Part shown: piece by piece, positions 9,556 through 18,532 of the stretch
Position numbering within the stretch: the first letter of the stretch is position 1
How the letters are laid out: every line of letters starts with the position of its first letter
Source: a virus
DNA: 64,000 bases
Strand: one strand, 5' to 3'
IMG/VR virus record: IMGVR_UViG_3300036770_005084
Location: 91,232 to 155,231 of that record
Notes under the pieces: generated by a model
Database searches by the model: none
What the model was told of the DNA's origin: nothing
The model's input: only the letters and a program-made list of their open reading frames with translations
Made by a program: the position numbers and the translations under genes

Positions 9556-10002
9556 ATGAAATTACCACCAAATCAATTGGTGTCTGAAGTTATTCAGAGA
9601 GTATCAAACGCAAAAACTAGGGATGAGAAGATAGAAATACTTCGTCATTATGATAATGTTGCTCTTAGGGCAGTTCTTATTTGGAATTTTGACAATAGAG
9701 TAGAATCTGCTATCCCAGAGGGTGAAGTTCCGTATACTCCAAATGATGCACCTATAGGAACTGAGCACTCACGATTAACTCAAGAGTGGAAAAAATTTAA
9801 TCATTTTGTTAAAGGAGTAAATAATTTAGTCCAAACAAAACGGGAAGTTCTTTTTATTCAACTATGTGAGTCTTTACATAGTTCTGAGGCAGAAATTCTT
9901 TGTCTTACAAAAGATAAACAACTGCATAAAAGATATAAAATTACCAAAGCAGTTGTTAAAGACGCATTTCCAGATATAAATTGGGGGGTGGATGAAGATT
10001 GA
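9556..10002 (+). CDS. conserved cyanophage protein (DUF6433-like)
   Basis: PEGEVPY.PN, RE.LFIQLCESLH..EAE. Confidence 0.7.
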   Translation: MKLPPNQLVSEVIQRVSNAKTRDEKIEILRHYDNVALRAVLIWNFDNRVESAIPEGEVPYTPNDAPIGTEHSRLTQEWKKFNHFVKGVNNLVQTKREVLFIQLCESLHSSEAEILCLTKDKQLHKRYKITKAVVKDAFPDINWGVDED

Positions 10003-10250
10003 AAATAATATCTGAAAAGTGTGAAAAGAAAGAGTCTAATGATAAATCATTACCATTAGACTCCTATCTAGTCACTTATAAAATAGAAGATGAACTTTTT
10101 TATGATATAGTGCAGTCTTCATCATCTGTCGAAATATTTGATTATTATTATGATACTTATGGTAAAAATTCTATATTAAAATATGAATGGACAAAGGGAT
10201 CCGTAAATCCTAAACTCTATAGATATTCAAAGAAGAGTAATAAAAAATAA
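9999..10250 (+). CDS. hypothetical protein
   Basis: 83 aa, TTG start overlapping the previous stop. Confidence 0.6.
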   Translation: MKIISEKCEKKESNDKSLPLDSYLVTYKIEDELFYDIVQSSSSVEIFDYYYDTYGKNSILKYEWTKGSVNPKLYRYSKKSNKK

Positions 10251-10576
10251 TGGGGAAGCATTATCTATTAAATTTGTATGGATGCTCTTTTGTCCTTTTG
10301 GACGATGAGAAATATCTTATTGACTTATTAGAGAATGCTGCAATTTCTAGTGGAGCAACAGTAATACAAACTATATCTAAAAAATTTGACCCTCAGGGAG
10401 TAACAGTAATATGTTTATTATCTGAGAGTCATATTAGTATTCATACTTGGCCTGAAGATGGTAAGGCAGCAGTAGATATATATACCTGTGGAGATTGTAA
10501 TCCAAAGATTGGTTGTGATATCGTAATTCATCAACTCTACGCACAAAATCATACTTTGAGTTATATAGAAAGATAG
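10250..10576 (+). CDS. speD: S-adenosylmethionine decarboxylase proenzyme (pyruvoyl-dependent)
   Basis: F.PQGVT..LL.ESHISIHTWPE, D.YTCG. Confidence 0.9.
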   Translation: MGKHYLLNLYGCSFVLLDDEKYLIDLLENAAISSGATVIQTISKKFDPQGVTVICLLSESHISIHTWPEDGKAAVDIYTCGDCNPKIGCDIVIHQLYAQNHTLSYIER

Positions 10577-10592
10577 TGTATAATATTATACA
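10556..10592 (+). promoter_or_regulatory. sigma70-type promoter (TTGAGT-N17-TATAAT) overlapped by an NtcA box
   Basis: perfect palindrome TGTATAATATTATACA 10577-10592 = TGTA-N8-TACA; TATAAT 10579-10584 lies inside it; TTGAGT 10556-10561. Confidence 0.65.
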
Positions 10593-10614
10593 AAATTACT
10601 TTACTACATAAAAT

Positions 10615-10660
10615 ACGTTCATCACATTAGTGACGGAAGTAGGGAAACCGAAGGAACGCA
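10615..10660 (+). ncRNA. glutamine riboswitch (glnA-type, class I)
   Basis: P1 CGTTC/GAACG (10616-20/10654-58), P2 TCAC/GTGA, CGGAAGTA-GG-GAAA-CC-GAAG E-loop junction; matches the recalled glnA motif consensus. Confidence 0.85.
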
Positions 10661-10687
10661 CTTTTACAATAGTAAAGGAGCACCCTA

Positions 10688-10846
10688 ATGTCTAAAGCAA
10701 CTTATAGAGGTTGTCAGTATGATACTGATTTACCTAAAGAAGAATATCGTAAGTGGTATTCAATGACTCATTCACCAACACATGCAAATAATGTATATCG
10801 TGGAACTGAGTATCGTCCCTGCAATAATCAGGAGGTTGCAAAGTGA
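10688..10846 (+). CDS. DUF4278-like microprotein (52 aa, not in ORF track)
   Basis: MSKATYRGCQY...NVYRGTEY, two YRG motifs; AAGGAG SD; directly behind the riboswitch. Confidence 0.75.
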   Translation: MSKATYRGCQYDTDLPKEEYRKWYSMTHSPTHANNVYRGTEYRPCNNQEVAK

Positions 10847-10944
10847 ATAGTTATTTTGTTAGATATCTTAAGAATAAAGATAGGAAGGAAAAACTTTTAA
10901 AGATCGCACAAATTAATATGGCAAAGCAACCTCAAGTTGCTTGA
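10843..10944 (+). CDS. 33-aa basic microprotein (GTG start)
   Basis: GGAGG SD at 10831-10835; GTGA start/stop overlap; ends just before the terminator. Confidence 0.5.
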   Translation: MNSYFVRYLKNKDRKEKLLKIAQINMAKQPQVA

Positions 10945-10950
10945 TATATT

Positions 10951-10980
10951 AGAGGGGAACTTGACTTCCCCTCTTTTTTT
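10951..10980 (+). terminator. intrinsic terminator
   Basis: AGAGGGGAA-cttgac-TTCCCCTCT followed by a T-run. Confidence 0.85.
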
Positions 10981-11010
10981 GTGTAAAATTCAAGAAACAC
11001 TATTCACGAT

Positions 11011-11175
11011 ATGGATGTAGAAAAAATTAAACTCATCATCAATAATATGGAATGTCTTGTGCGGTGTTTGAAAGAAGAAATTGCAAACAAAGAATTGCCA
11101 AATGTGGAGTATGAAAATTTTATTGCTCCTTACGATGACAACGATTATGATGAAGTGTATCTAGATGAGAATTAA
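11011..11175 (+). CDS. small hypothetical protein (54 aa, not in ORF track)
   Basis: MDVEKIKLIINNMECLVRCLKEEI...; acidic tail. Confidence 0.55.
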   Translation: MDVEKIKLIINNMECLVRCLKEEIANKELPNVEYENFIAPYDDNDYDEVYLDEN

Positions 11176-11326
11176 AAAGATGGTGAGATTGCTTAAAGAA
11201 GCAATAGATCAAAAACAAGATCTTTATTCAGAAAAAGAATTAGATTATATGAAATCTCAATTGGAGAATATTGAAAGTCAAATTAAATTAGCAAAAAGAA
11301 TGGACTATAGGGGGTTTGGTAAATGA
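11165..11326 (+). CDS. small hypothetical protein (53 aa, not in ORF track)
   Basis: MRIKKMVRLLKEA...YRGFGK; overlaps the thyX start (ATGA). Confidence 0.55.
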   Translation: MRIKKMVRLLKEAIDQKQDLYSEKELDYMKSQLENIESQIKLAKRMDYRGFGK

Positions 11327-11982
11327 TTAAACTAATTTCAATTACTCAAGGTGCAGGAGAACTTATTAATACAAATGCACAAGAAGTGATTTCATATATT
11401 GCGAGAGTTAGTAATCCAAATAATCAATTGAATTTTGATACTGCTGCTGGTCTCCTTAAATACTGTATTAAGCATGAACATTGGAGCATTTTTGAACATG
11501 CTTTTATGACACTTGAGATTAATACTACCAGAGGTATCGCAGCACAAATTCTTCGACATAGGAGCTTTACATTCCAAGAATTTTCACAACGGTATGCCGA
11601 TACAAAACTTCTTTCTGATCGTCCCGTGATTCCAGACCTTCGCAGGCAAGACAATAAAAATCGTCAGAATTCAATTGATGATTTTGGTGATTATAAAAAA
11701 CTCAAAATGCAAGGAGAAATCCAAGAATATTTTGAGAGAGGTCAACAACTTTATAACAGTCTTCTTAGTCAAGGAGTTGCTAAGGAATGTGCAAGATTTG
11801 TACTTCCATTATCAACACCAACTAGAATTTATATGACTGGATCTTGCAGGTCATGGGTACATTACATCAATCTTCGTTCTGCCCATGGAACCCAAAAAGA
11901 ACATATGGAGATTGCTGAAGGATGTATGGAAATTTTTAATCAACAATTCCCAGATGTCGCAAAGGCACTTGACTGGGTATAA
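11323..11982 (+). CDS. thyX: FAD-dependent thymidylate synthase
   Basis: RHRSFTFQEFSQRY signature, HWSIFEH, KECARFVLP. Confidence 0.95.
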   Translation: MIKLISITQGAGELINTNAQEVISYIARVSNPNNQLNFDTAAGLLKYCIKHEHWSIFEHAFMTLEINTTRGIAAQILRHRSFTFQEFSQRYADTKLLSDRPVIPDLRRQDNKNRQNSIDDFGDYKKLKMQGEIQEYFERGQQLYNSLLSQGVAKECARFVLPLSTPTRIYMTGSCRSWVHYINLRSAHGTQKEHMEIAEGCMEIFNQQFPDVAKALDWV

Positions 11983-12007
11983 ATAAAATGTATTGATTTC
12001 ATAACTT

Positions 12008-12250
12008 ATGGCAATTTATCCTGTTATTCATATAGATACTGGAGAAAAGAAAGAAGTTGAGATGAGTGTTCATGAGATCACTCAATGGTATAAAGACAAT
12101 CCCGAATGGAAACGAGATTGGTCTGAAGGTTGTGCAAGTCCTGGAGAAGTTGGTGATTGGAAGAATAAACTAGTCAGCAGAAATCCAGGATGGAATGATG
12201 TGCTTGCAAAGGCAAGCAAAGCTCCAGGTTCCCGTGTAAAGAAAATCTAA
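12008..12250 (+). CDS. conserved cyanophage protein upstream of phoH
   Basis: 80 aa; TATAAATA late promoter at 11978-11985. Confidence 0.7.
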   Translation: MAIYPVIHIDTGEKKEVEMSVHEITQWYKDNPEWKRDWSEGCASPGEVGDWKNKLVSRNPGWNDVLAKASKAPGSRVKKI

Positions 12251-13008
12251 TGGCAAGAAAAAGAAGAAATAACGATTTGCATCCAATTGGAATTGGAATG
12301 ACTGCTAAGCAAATGAAAAGAAGAAAACCAATTAATACTGATCTTCTTGTAGATGTTAAACCGGCAACAGAAAATCAAGGAAAGTTATTTGAAGCATACG
12401 AATCCGACAAACATTTATTTGTATATGGATGTGCAGGAACTGGAAAGACCTTCTGTGCATTATACTTGGCACTAAAAGATGTACTAACTGAAATTACTCC
12501 ATATCAAAAAATTGTAATTGTAAGATCACTTGTACCTTCTAGAGAAATTGGATTCCTTCCTGGTGATCATGAGGACAAAGCATCACTTTATCAAATTCCA
12601 TATAAGAATATGGTAAAGTATATGTTTGAAATGCCTACCGATTCAGATTTTGAAATGCTGTATGGCAACTTGAAACAACAAGAGACAATTACATTCTGGA
12701 GTACATCTTTCATTCGTGGTACAACTTTAGACAATTCTGTTATTATTGTAGATGAGTGTCAGAACTTGAACTTCCATGAATTAGATAGTATAATTACTAG
12801 GGTTGGAGATAATTCCAGAATTGTATTCTGTGGTGATGCAACTCAATCAGATCTAACAAAAAATTATGAGAAAAATGGCATCCTAGACTTTATGAAAATT
12901 ACAAAACGTATGCCAGAATTTGAACACATTGAATTTGGTGTAGATGATATTGTAAGGTCTGGACTCGTTAAATCTTATATCGTTAATAAAATGTCTGAAG
13001 GATTTTAA
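12250..13008 (+). CDS. phoH: PhoH family protein
   Basis: GCAGTGKT Walker A, IGFLPG, RGTT, DECQN, GD..QSD. Confidence 0.95.
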   Translation: MARKRRNNDLHPIGIGMTAKQMKRRKPINTDLLVDVKPATENQGKLFEAYESDKHLFVYGCAGTGKTFCALYLALKDVLTEITPYQKIVIVRSLVPSREIGFLPGDHEDKASLYQIPYKNMVKYMFEMPTDSDFEMLYGNLKQQETITFWSTSFIRGTTLDNSVIIVDECQNLNFHELDSIITRVGDNSRIVFCGDATQSDLTKNYEKNGILDFMKITKRMPEFEHIEFGVDDIVRSGLVKSYIVNKMSEGF

Positions 13009-13691
13009 TGTTTAATCATGTTAGTGATGTAAGTCTCCCTCAACTTGAGAGGGAGACTATAGATGGAGTCAGGTATTATAAAATACCTGACAATTCAGAA
13101 CTCCTTAAATTTGTATCTATTACTTCTGTTACAAGTCATCATAACAGACACATATTTGAAGAATGGAGAAATAAAGTTGGTGAAGAAGAAGCAAACAAAA
13201 TAAACAAGGCAGCAACTACTCGTGGAACACAACTTCACAGCATGGTTGAAAATTATTTGCTTAATATTCCCGAACTTCCAGAGGGATCACCAATTTCTAA
13301 ACATTTGTTTAGAATCATAACTCCAGAATTAAAAAAAATAAATAATATTTATGCTTTAGAAAATTCTTTATACAGTAAAATTCTTGGTATTGCAGGAACA
13401 GTAGACTGTATCGCAGAATATAATGGAGAACTTTCTATTATTGACTTTAAGACTTCTAAGAAACCTAAACCATTGAAATGGATTGAACACTATTTTGTTC
13501 AAGCAGCAGCATACGCATGTATGTTTTATGAGTTAACTGGAATCCCCGTGAAAAAACTCGTAATTCTAATGGCATGTGAAGATGGTGAATGCGTTGTTTA
13601 TGAAGAATATAACAAAGCAAAATACATCAAACTTTTATCAACCTACATTAAAGACTTCATAGAATCTAAACTAAAAGAATATGGAAAATAA
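13008..13691 (+). CDS. PD-(D/E)XK exonuclease (Cas4-like phage exonuclease)
   Basis: SITSV, RGT..H, AGTVDCIAE...IIDFKTS, Q..AY. Confidence 0.85.
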   Translation: MFNHVSDVSLPQLERETIDGVRYYKIPDNSELLKFVSITSVTSHHNRHIFEEWRNKVGEEEANKINKAATTRGTQLHSMVENYLLNIPELPEGSPISKHLFRIITPELKKINNIYALENSLYSKILGIAGTVDCIAEYNGELSIIDFKTSKKPKPLKWIEHYFVQAAAYACMFYELTGIPVKKLVILMACEDGECVVYEEYNKAKYIKLLSTYIKDFIESKLKEYGK

Positions 13692-13938
13692 CATAGAAAG
13701 TATTTTAGAGAAAAAATTTTTATGTCAAAGTAAATTTTCTAAAATTATCGAGGACATTGTAAAAGTAAATTCTGAGATGAATTATATTGATGCAATAGTT
13801 CATTATTGTGATGAAAACAATATTGAAATTGAATCTGTATCTAAGTTAATTAGTAAACCACTTAAAGAAAAGATTAAGTGTGATGCTATTAATTTAAATT
13901 TTTTGAAACGAACTAGTAGAGCAAAACTTTTTATATGA
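13681..13938 (+). CDS. g33: late promoter transcription coactivator gp33
   Basis: YIDAIVHYCDENNIEIESV.KLISKPLKEKIK; synteny. Confidence 0.85.
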   Translation: MENNIESILEKKFLCQSKFSKIIEDIVKVNSEMNYIDAIVHYCDENNIEIESVSKLISKPLKEKIKCDAINLNFLKRTSRAKLFI

Positions 13939-14525
13939 CACCATTTGATGCTTATAGACAATACTTGGCACTAAAAAATCATTTTAGTAAACCAAAATAT
14001 GATTATCATCGTTATGCAGGAAAATCTAAAGCATCAATAGAATCATTTAATAAAAGAAAAGATAGATATTGGTTTGAAAAAATATCAAGACAAAAATCAG
14101 ATAAGGAGATCATAGATTTCTTTATCTCAAATTTTGTTGGCACTGATGATCCATCTATACTTTGGATTGGTAGTATTATCAGAGGTGGTGATGAATGTTA
14201 TAGAGAATGGGTTAAACGGCAGCAAAGTTTAAAGTACTTATTCAAAGAGCAATCATCAGAATTACTATCAAAATATACTTTGGAGGAATTATTTGATTGC
14301 TCTAAGAATCATCCACCTTTACTTAAAAAGTTTTTAAGTTCCGAAGTATCACCAGAAGTGCTAGTGATATATGAGAAAATATTTTCATATTCAAAAAATT
14401 TCGATAAAACTCTTTTAGATCCAATTTGGGAAATAGTTGCATTGAAAGTGAAGAAGTATTCTCCATTTCTAAATATTGATGTTGGTGAATATAAAACAAT
14501 ATTAAGAAGTATAATAGGAGAATAA
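13935..14525 (+). CDS. g59: helicase loader gp59
   Basis: YLALKNHF....YDY..Y.GK....SF.KRKDRY.FEK; synteny. Confidence 0.85.
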   Translation: MTPFDAYRQYLALKNHFSKPKYDYHRYAGKSKASIESFNKRKDRYWFEKISRQKSDKEIIDFFISNFVGTDDPSILWIGSIIRGGDECYREWVKRQQSLKYLFKEQSSELLSKYTLEELFDCSKNHPPLLKKFLSSEVSPEVLVIYEKIFSYSKNFDKTLLDPIWEIVALKVKKYSPFLNIDVGEYKTILRSIIGE

Positions 14526-14528
14526 TAA

Positions 14529-14849
14529 ATGTCGTTCTTTAGTTCCGAAATTGTTAAGAATGAACTGGATGAAATTAATGAAATCCAAGTTAAAATCGCA
14601 AAGGATGTATTTAAATATCCAATAATGACTTTAGAGGAAAAGAGAGATCATATTAAACTTCTAAATACTTTGTTGGAAAAGCAACAATTAATGTATACAA
14701 GATTGAGTCTTTCTGATGATCCAGATGCGATTAAAATGAAAAAAGGAATTGAGGACTCATCAAGACTACTTGGGTTTGAAAATAATGATGTACACTCAGT
14801 GTTCAGGTCAATGAAAATGACTATCAAAAATCTTGAGCAAAATCTATAG
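14529..14849 (+). CDS. DUF1825-like protein
   Basis: FF.SEIV..EL, LLEKQ..MYTRLSLSDDP.A. Confidence 0.7.
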   Translation: MSFFSSEIVKNELDEINEIQVKIAKDVFKYPIMTLEEKRDHIKLLNTLLEKQQLMYTRLSLSDDPDAIKMKKGIEDSSRLLGFENNDVHSVFRSMKMTIKNLEQNL

Positions 14850-14851
14850 AC

Positions 14852-14880
14852 TTGACACTACACCTAATATCTGCTATAGT
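14852..14880 (+). promoter_or_regulatory. sigma70-type promoter of g32
   Basis: TTGACA 14852-57, N17, TG-n-TATAGT ending 14880. Confidence 0.7.
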
Positions 14881-14890
14881 TGTTAGGTCG

Positions 14891-14940
14891 CAACTAATCC
14901 GACAAATCTAACTAATCCGATTAATCCGAGGTAATCCTAA
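14891..14940 (+). repeat. TAATCC(GA) direct repeats in the g32 leader
   Basis: four TAATCC copies plus one degenerate AAATCT immediately before the ATG. Confidence 0.7.
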
Positions 14941-15849
14941 ATGTCTTTTTCTGACCTTAAGAAAAAATCTTCTCTTGGTTCCCTAACTTCAAAACTACTT
15001 ACGGAAGTAGAGAAGATGAGCAGTTCAACTTCTGGATCTGATGAACGGATCTGGAAACCTGAAGTTGATAAAGCAGGAAATGGATTTGCAATTATTCGAT
15101 TTCTACCTGCTCCCAATGGTGAAGATATCCCATGGGCAAAGGTATATAATCATGCATTCCAAGGTCCTGGTGGTTGGTTGATTGATAATTGTCTAACAAC
15201 TGTAAATCAATCCTGTCCGGTATGTGAAGCAAATCGTGAACTCTGGAATACAGGAAGCAAAGCAAATCAAGATATTGTACGTCAACGCAAACGTAAACTA
15301 TCGTATTACAGCAATATCTATGTTGTAAGTGATAAAGCACATCCAGAAAACGAGGGTAAAGTTTTTCTATTCAAATACGGAAAGAAAATCTTTGATAAGA
15401 TTTCTGCTGCAATGAAACCTGAGTTTGATGATGAAACTCCAATTGATCCATTTGATTTTTGGAATGGTGCCAACTTCAAAGTAAAAATTACTAAGAAAGA
15501 TGGTTATTGGAACTACGATAAATCTGAATTTGATCGTCCTGGTGTACTTAATGATTTTGACGATGAAACTCTAGAGAAAATTTGGAAGCAAGCATATTCT
15601 CTTGAAGACTTCACGAAGTCTGATGTATTTAAAACATATGAGCAACTTGATGCTCGTCTAAAAGCAGTCCTTGGCAAAAAGACTGTAAAACCAGATGAAT
15701 CATTTGATGATGAAGATTCTGATAGTGCTCCTCCAGTTCCTCAGAGCATGAAGGAAGAACTTGAAAGTATTTCTTCTTACTCATCATCTAATGATAGTCT
15801 TGAAGAAGATGATACTCTAAGTTACTTTGCTCGTCTAGCAGAAGAGTGA
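14941..15849 (+). CDS. g32: single-stranded DNA-binding protein gp32
   Basis: DERIWKP..DK.GNG.AIIRFLPAP, CPVCE, acidic C-tail. Confidence 0.95.
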   Translation: MSFSDLKKKSSLGSLTSKLLTEVEKMSSSTSGSDERIWKPEVDKAGNGFAIIRFLPAPNGEDIPWAKVYNHAFQGPGGWLIDNCLTTVNQSCPVCEANRELWNTGSKANQDIVRQRKRKLSYYSNIYVVSDKAHPENEGKVFLFKYGKKIFDKISAAMKPEFDDETPIDPFDFWNGANFKVKITKKDGYWNYDKSEFDRPGVLNDFDDETLEKIWKQAYSLEDFTKSDVFKTYEQLDARLKAVLGKKTVKPDESFDDEDSDSAPPVPQSMKEELESISSYSSSNDSLEEDDTLSYFARLAEE

Positions 15850-16512
15850 TTAACGTGGGGAGATAATTCTTAAATTATCTCCCTTTTTTGTTTTATCATC
15901 AATGAACTGTGAAGAGAATCCATATGACATTATTTCAAGCATATCATCTATTGCTGTCTGTAAAAATCTTCTTCTAAGTAAATATATTGTTCTTTTATTG
16001 TTATTTACCTCTACTTCATACTCATAATTCGAAACACTTTTTAGTGGGGATATAGTTTTGGTTTCACCTACTCTTTCATCATAATAACTAGTTTCAAAAT
16101 CAGGATCTACTATTCTTCCACTAGGAACAATTAATCTCCCTCTGCCATCGTAATAAGTGACAGTTTCGTAATGATGAATAGCATCAATTTCTGTTGGATC
16201 ATATTTTCTTTTTAGATATTGATCGAAGTCATATCCATTCATAGGCCATTCTGTTTTAATATCAATTATATTATTTGATATTAAAACAATCCAATCATAT
16301 CTTGAACTTCCATAATAAGAATTTGCAATTTGATCTGGACGTTCATCCCCAGTAATTGTATACTTAGTAAACACCGTTACATCTTTAAAGAATTCATCTC
16401 TTATTTTTGCTCTGCGAAATAAATTCTTTACTTTAATAAAATCTAATGAAGATTTTACTGTAGGTAATTGAGATTGGTAGTAAAGATCTGATACCTGGTT
16501 AAAGTAAGACAT
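15850..16512 (-). CDS. g53: baseplate wedge protein gp53
   Basis: ERPDQIA..YYG...YDWIVL..NNI, IHHYET. Confidence 0.85.
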   Translation of the reverse strand: MSYFNQVSDLYYQSQLPTVKSSLDFIKVKNLFRRAKIRDEFFKDVTVFTKYTITGDERPDQIANSYYGSSRYDWIVLISNNIIDIKTEWPMNGYDFDQYLKRKYDPTEIDAIHHYETVTYYDGRGRLIVPSGRIVDPDFETSYYDERVGETKTISPLKSVSNYEYEVEVNNNKRTIYLLRRRFLQTAIDDMLEIMSYGFSSQFIDDKTKKGDNLRIISPR

Positions 16513-16525
16513 TAGATTTTAAAAA

Positions 16526-17971
16526 TTAACTTTGTGTTGAGGTTGGAGAATCCCATCCTGCACTATCATATTCGTAAGTATAATCATCATTATAAAGTGG
16601 TAGCAATTCAGTAAATCCCAATTGTAGTGTCAATGCTACTGGTTGCGAGTCATCTTCGTATGAATTATATATTCCATCTGGGGTATAGTTTATATTGCAT
16701 TGTTGTAATGCACATGTTTTTATCTTTCCAATTGTATTAAGATCTCCCCTAGGACCTTTAAAATGAATATCAAACACCATAGGAGCACCTAAGAAGAATG
16801 AACTTGCACCTTCAGATGATCTTAATGGTGCCATTCCCTTTTTGAAGAATTTTACAATTTTTCTAATTTGTACAGATTCAGTTTTACTTCTTGGGGCAAG
16901 TTTGAACTGGAATCCAAAACTTCTTAGTTTAGGACCTTGGAATAAAAGTTCTAGGTTTGGATTGATTGAAGTACCAGTCACTCTAGATCTAAATGCTTCT
17001 GGGTCAATGTTAATACCAACTTTTTTTGTAAGTGCTGCTGCAGCATTTAAGGTGAGTAACTGTTTAATGATTGGTTGTGCATCTCCAGAGATTGTAACCT
17101 TAGATAAATCTGCAACTGCAGATCCAAGTTCTTGAAGATTTACAACAGATATCCCAGACGCTAATTTTAGTGCACCACCTCCCAATAGTGCTGCTAAACT
17201 AGATAAACTATTTTCCCCCCAAGCAGTTACATTAGATTCTGAAATATCATTTGGCATTGGCAAAACAACAGATCCAATTACTTCTGATGGAGTTGTTGCA
17301 AATCTATCTTTTTGAATTTTCTTATAGAAATCGACAGTTACTTCTCCAGTCTCTTCTACTGGAATATATTTTCTTTGAACTATAACAATCCTATCCTGCG
17401 ATTGATCCATATTCTCGGGATATGAAATATTTTGTGATAGTTTTTCATTATTTCTAGAACCTGCTTTATAAAAATCATTTATTGTTGTTCCAAATATATT
17501 TTGAGGAGTATTATCAGTTCCATTATCTGAACTTCCTACTTCAGTTTCTGTGTCATCATCACTTTCTCCACTTGGTCTATCTTTTGGTGCAGGTTCTGCA
17601 TTAGGATCAATTATACCAACACTCTTTGCTCTTGCAGTAACTTCATTTTGGGAGTAATTTCTGAGTAATTCTGTTACTTCTGGTCCTGCTCCATATTTGC
17701 TTTTAGCAGCTGCAGCAAAATCATTGATAGTAGTATACTGACTAAAATCAAGGATATTACCTGGACCAAATTTGTAAAGTATTCTTCCGGTGTTAGCTAT
17801 TGAATAGTGAGGTACATCGTCAAGATTTTCTCCAGGCAAGACTTTCCTCATAGGAATAAATCCAGTTGGATTTGAAATAGATATAGTGTTTAGTTTTGGA
17901 TCCACATTAACTGGAGTTTTTGTTGGAAGTGATTTACCACTTTCCGGTTTCCAGTTTACTTTAAGTGACAT
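16526..17971 (-). CDS. g48: baseplate tail-tube cap gp48
   Basis: LPMP, NPNLELLFQGP.LRSF.F.FKL.PRS..E, YTPDG. Confidence 0.8.
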   Translation of the reverse strand: MSLKVNWKPESGKSLPTKTPVNVDPKLNTISISNPTGFIPMRKVLPGENLDDVPHYSIANTGRILYKFGPGNILDFSQYTTINDFAAAAKSKYGAGPEVTELLRNYSQNEVTARAKSVGIIDPNAEPAPKDRPSGESDDDTETEVGSSDNGTDNTPQNIFGTTINDFYKAGSRNNEKLSQNISYPENMDQSQDRIVIVQRKYIPVEETGEVTVDFYKKIQKDRFATTPSEVIGSVVLPMPNDISESNVTAWGENSLSSLAALLGGGALKLASGISVVNLQELGSAVADLSKVTISGDAQPIIKQLLTLNAAAALTKKVGINIDPEAFRSRVTGTSINPNLELLFQGPKLRSFGFQFKLAPRSKTESVQIRKIVKFFKKGMAPLRSSEGASSFFLGAPMVFDIHFKGPRGDLNTIGKIKTCALQQCNINYTPDGIYNSYEDDSQPVALTLQLGFTELLPLYNDDYTYEYDSAGWDSPTSTQS

Positions 17972-18532
17972 TTATTTACCCCAAACTATATCGGAAGGAA
18001 TTGGTATTTCTACACCACCCAAGTCCCTGACAAATTCTTCCACTGGCAATAGGCATATTGTATCCCATTCTCTAGTATCAAAGTCTAAAAACGGACTGCG
18101 GACTTCTGTTAATAAGTATTTATGTGCTCCTTTAGTGAACCTTGGAATCTTATTTTCTGCTAAAGATCTAGCAATACCAACTCTTTCTTCTGGACTATAG
18201 TAATGTAGATTTACTCCAAAGAAATAGTTTGGTTGAAAATCTAAAATATATGTTAATGGATATTTGTCATAAAATGGTAGATCTCTTCTCCACTTTGCTC
18301 TATATTCATAGAACATTAAACTAAACAATCTTGGAAATGATCTAATGATGTTTTGATCTCTTCCACCCATCTCATCAACGTCATCATATTTTTCGGCATT
18401 GATTAAAGATTTTTTATTTTTTTCATATTTCATAGTTCTTGCAAAGAACATTTGAGATCTATACCAACTTTTTGATTGTTGTTTTCCTCCAGTTTTTTGC
18501 GTTACTTCTTCGAAGATAGTATTATACGCCAA
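17972..18532 (-). CDS. g2: DNA end protector protein gp2
   Basis: Y.AK....LPFYDKYPL, GVNLHY, LPVEEF. Confidence 0.8.
   Translation of the reverse strand: MAYNTIFEEVTQKTGGKQQSKSWYRSQMFFARTMKYEKNKKSLINAEKYDDVDEMGGRDQNIIRSFPRLFSLMFYEYRAKWRRDLPFYDKYPLTYILDFQPNYFFGVNLHYYSPEERVGIARSLAENKIPRFTKGAHKYLLTEVRSPFLDFDTREWDTICLLPVEEFVRDLGGVEIPIPSDIVWGK

Noticed and set aside
13008-13691. Cas4 / CRISPR adaptation gene
   Set aside because: Standard cyanophage core exonuclease in the phoH-exo-g33-g59 synteny; no four-Cys Fe-S motif is evident
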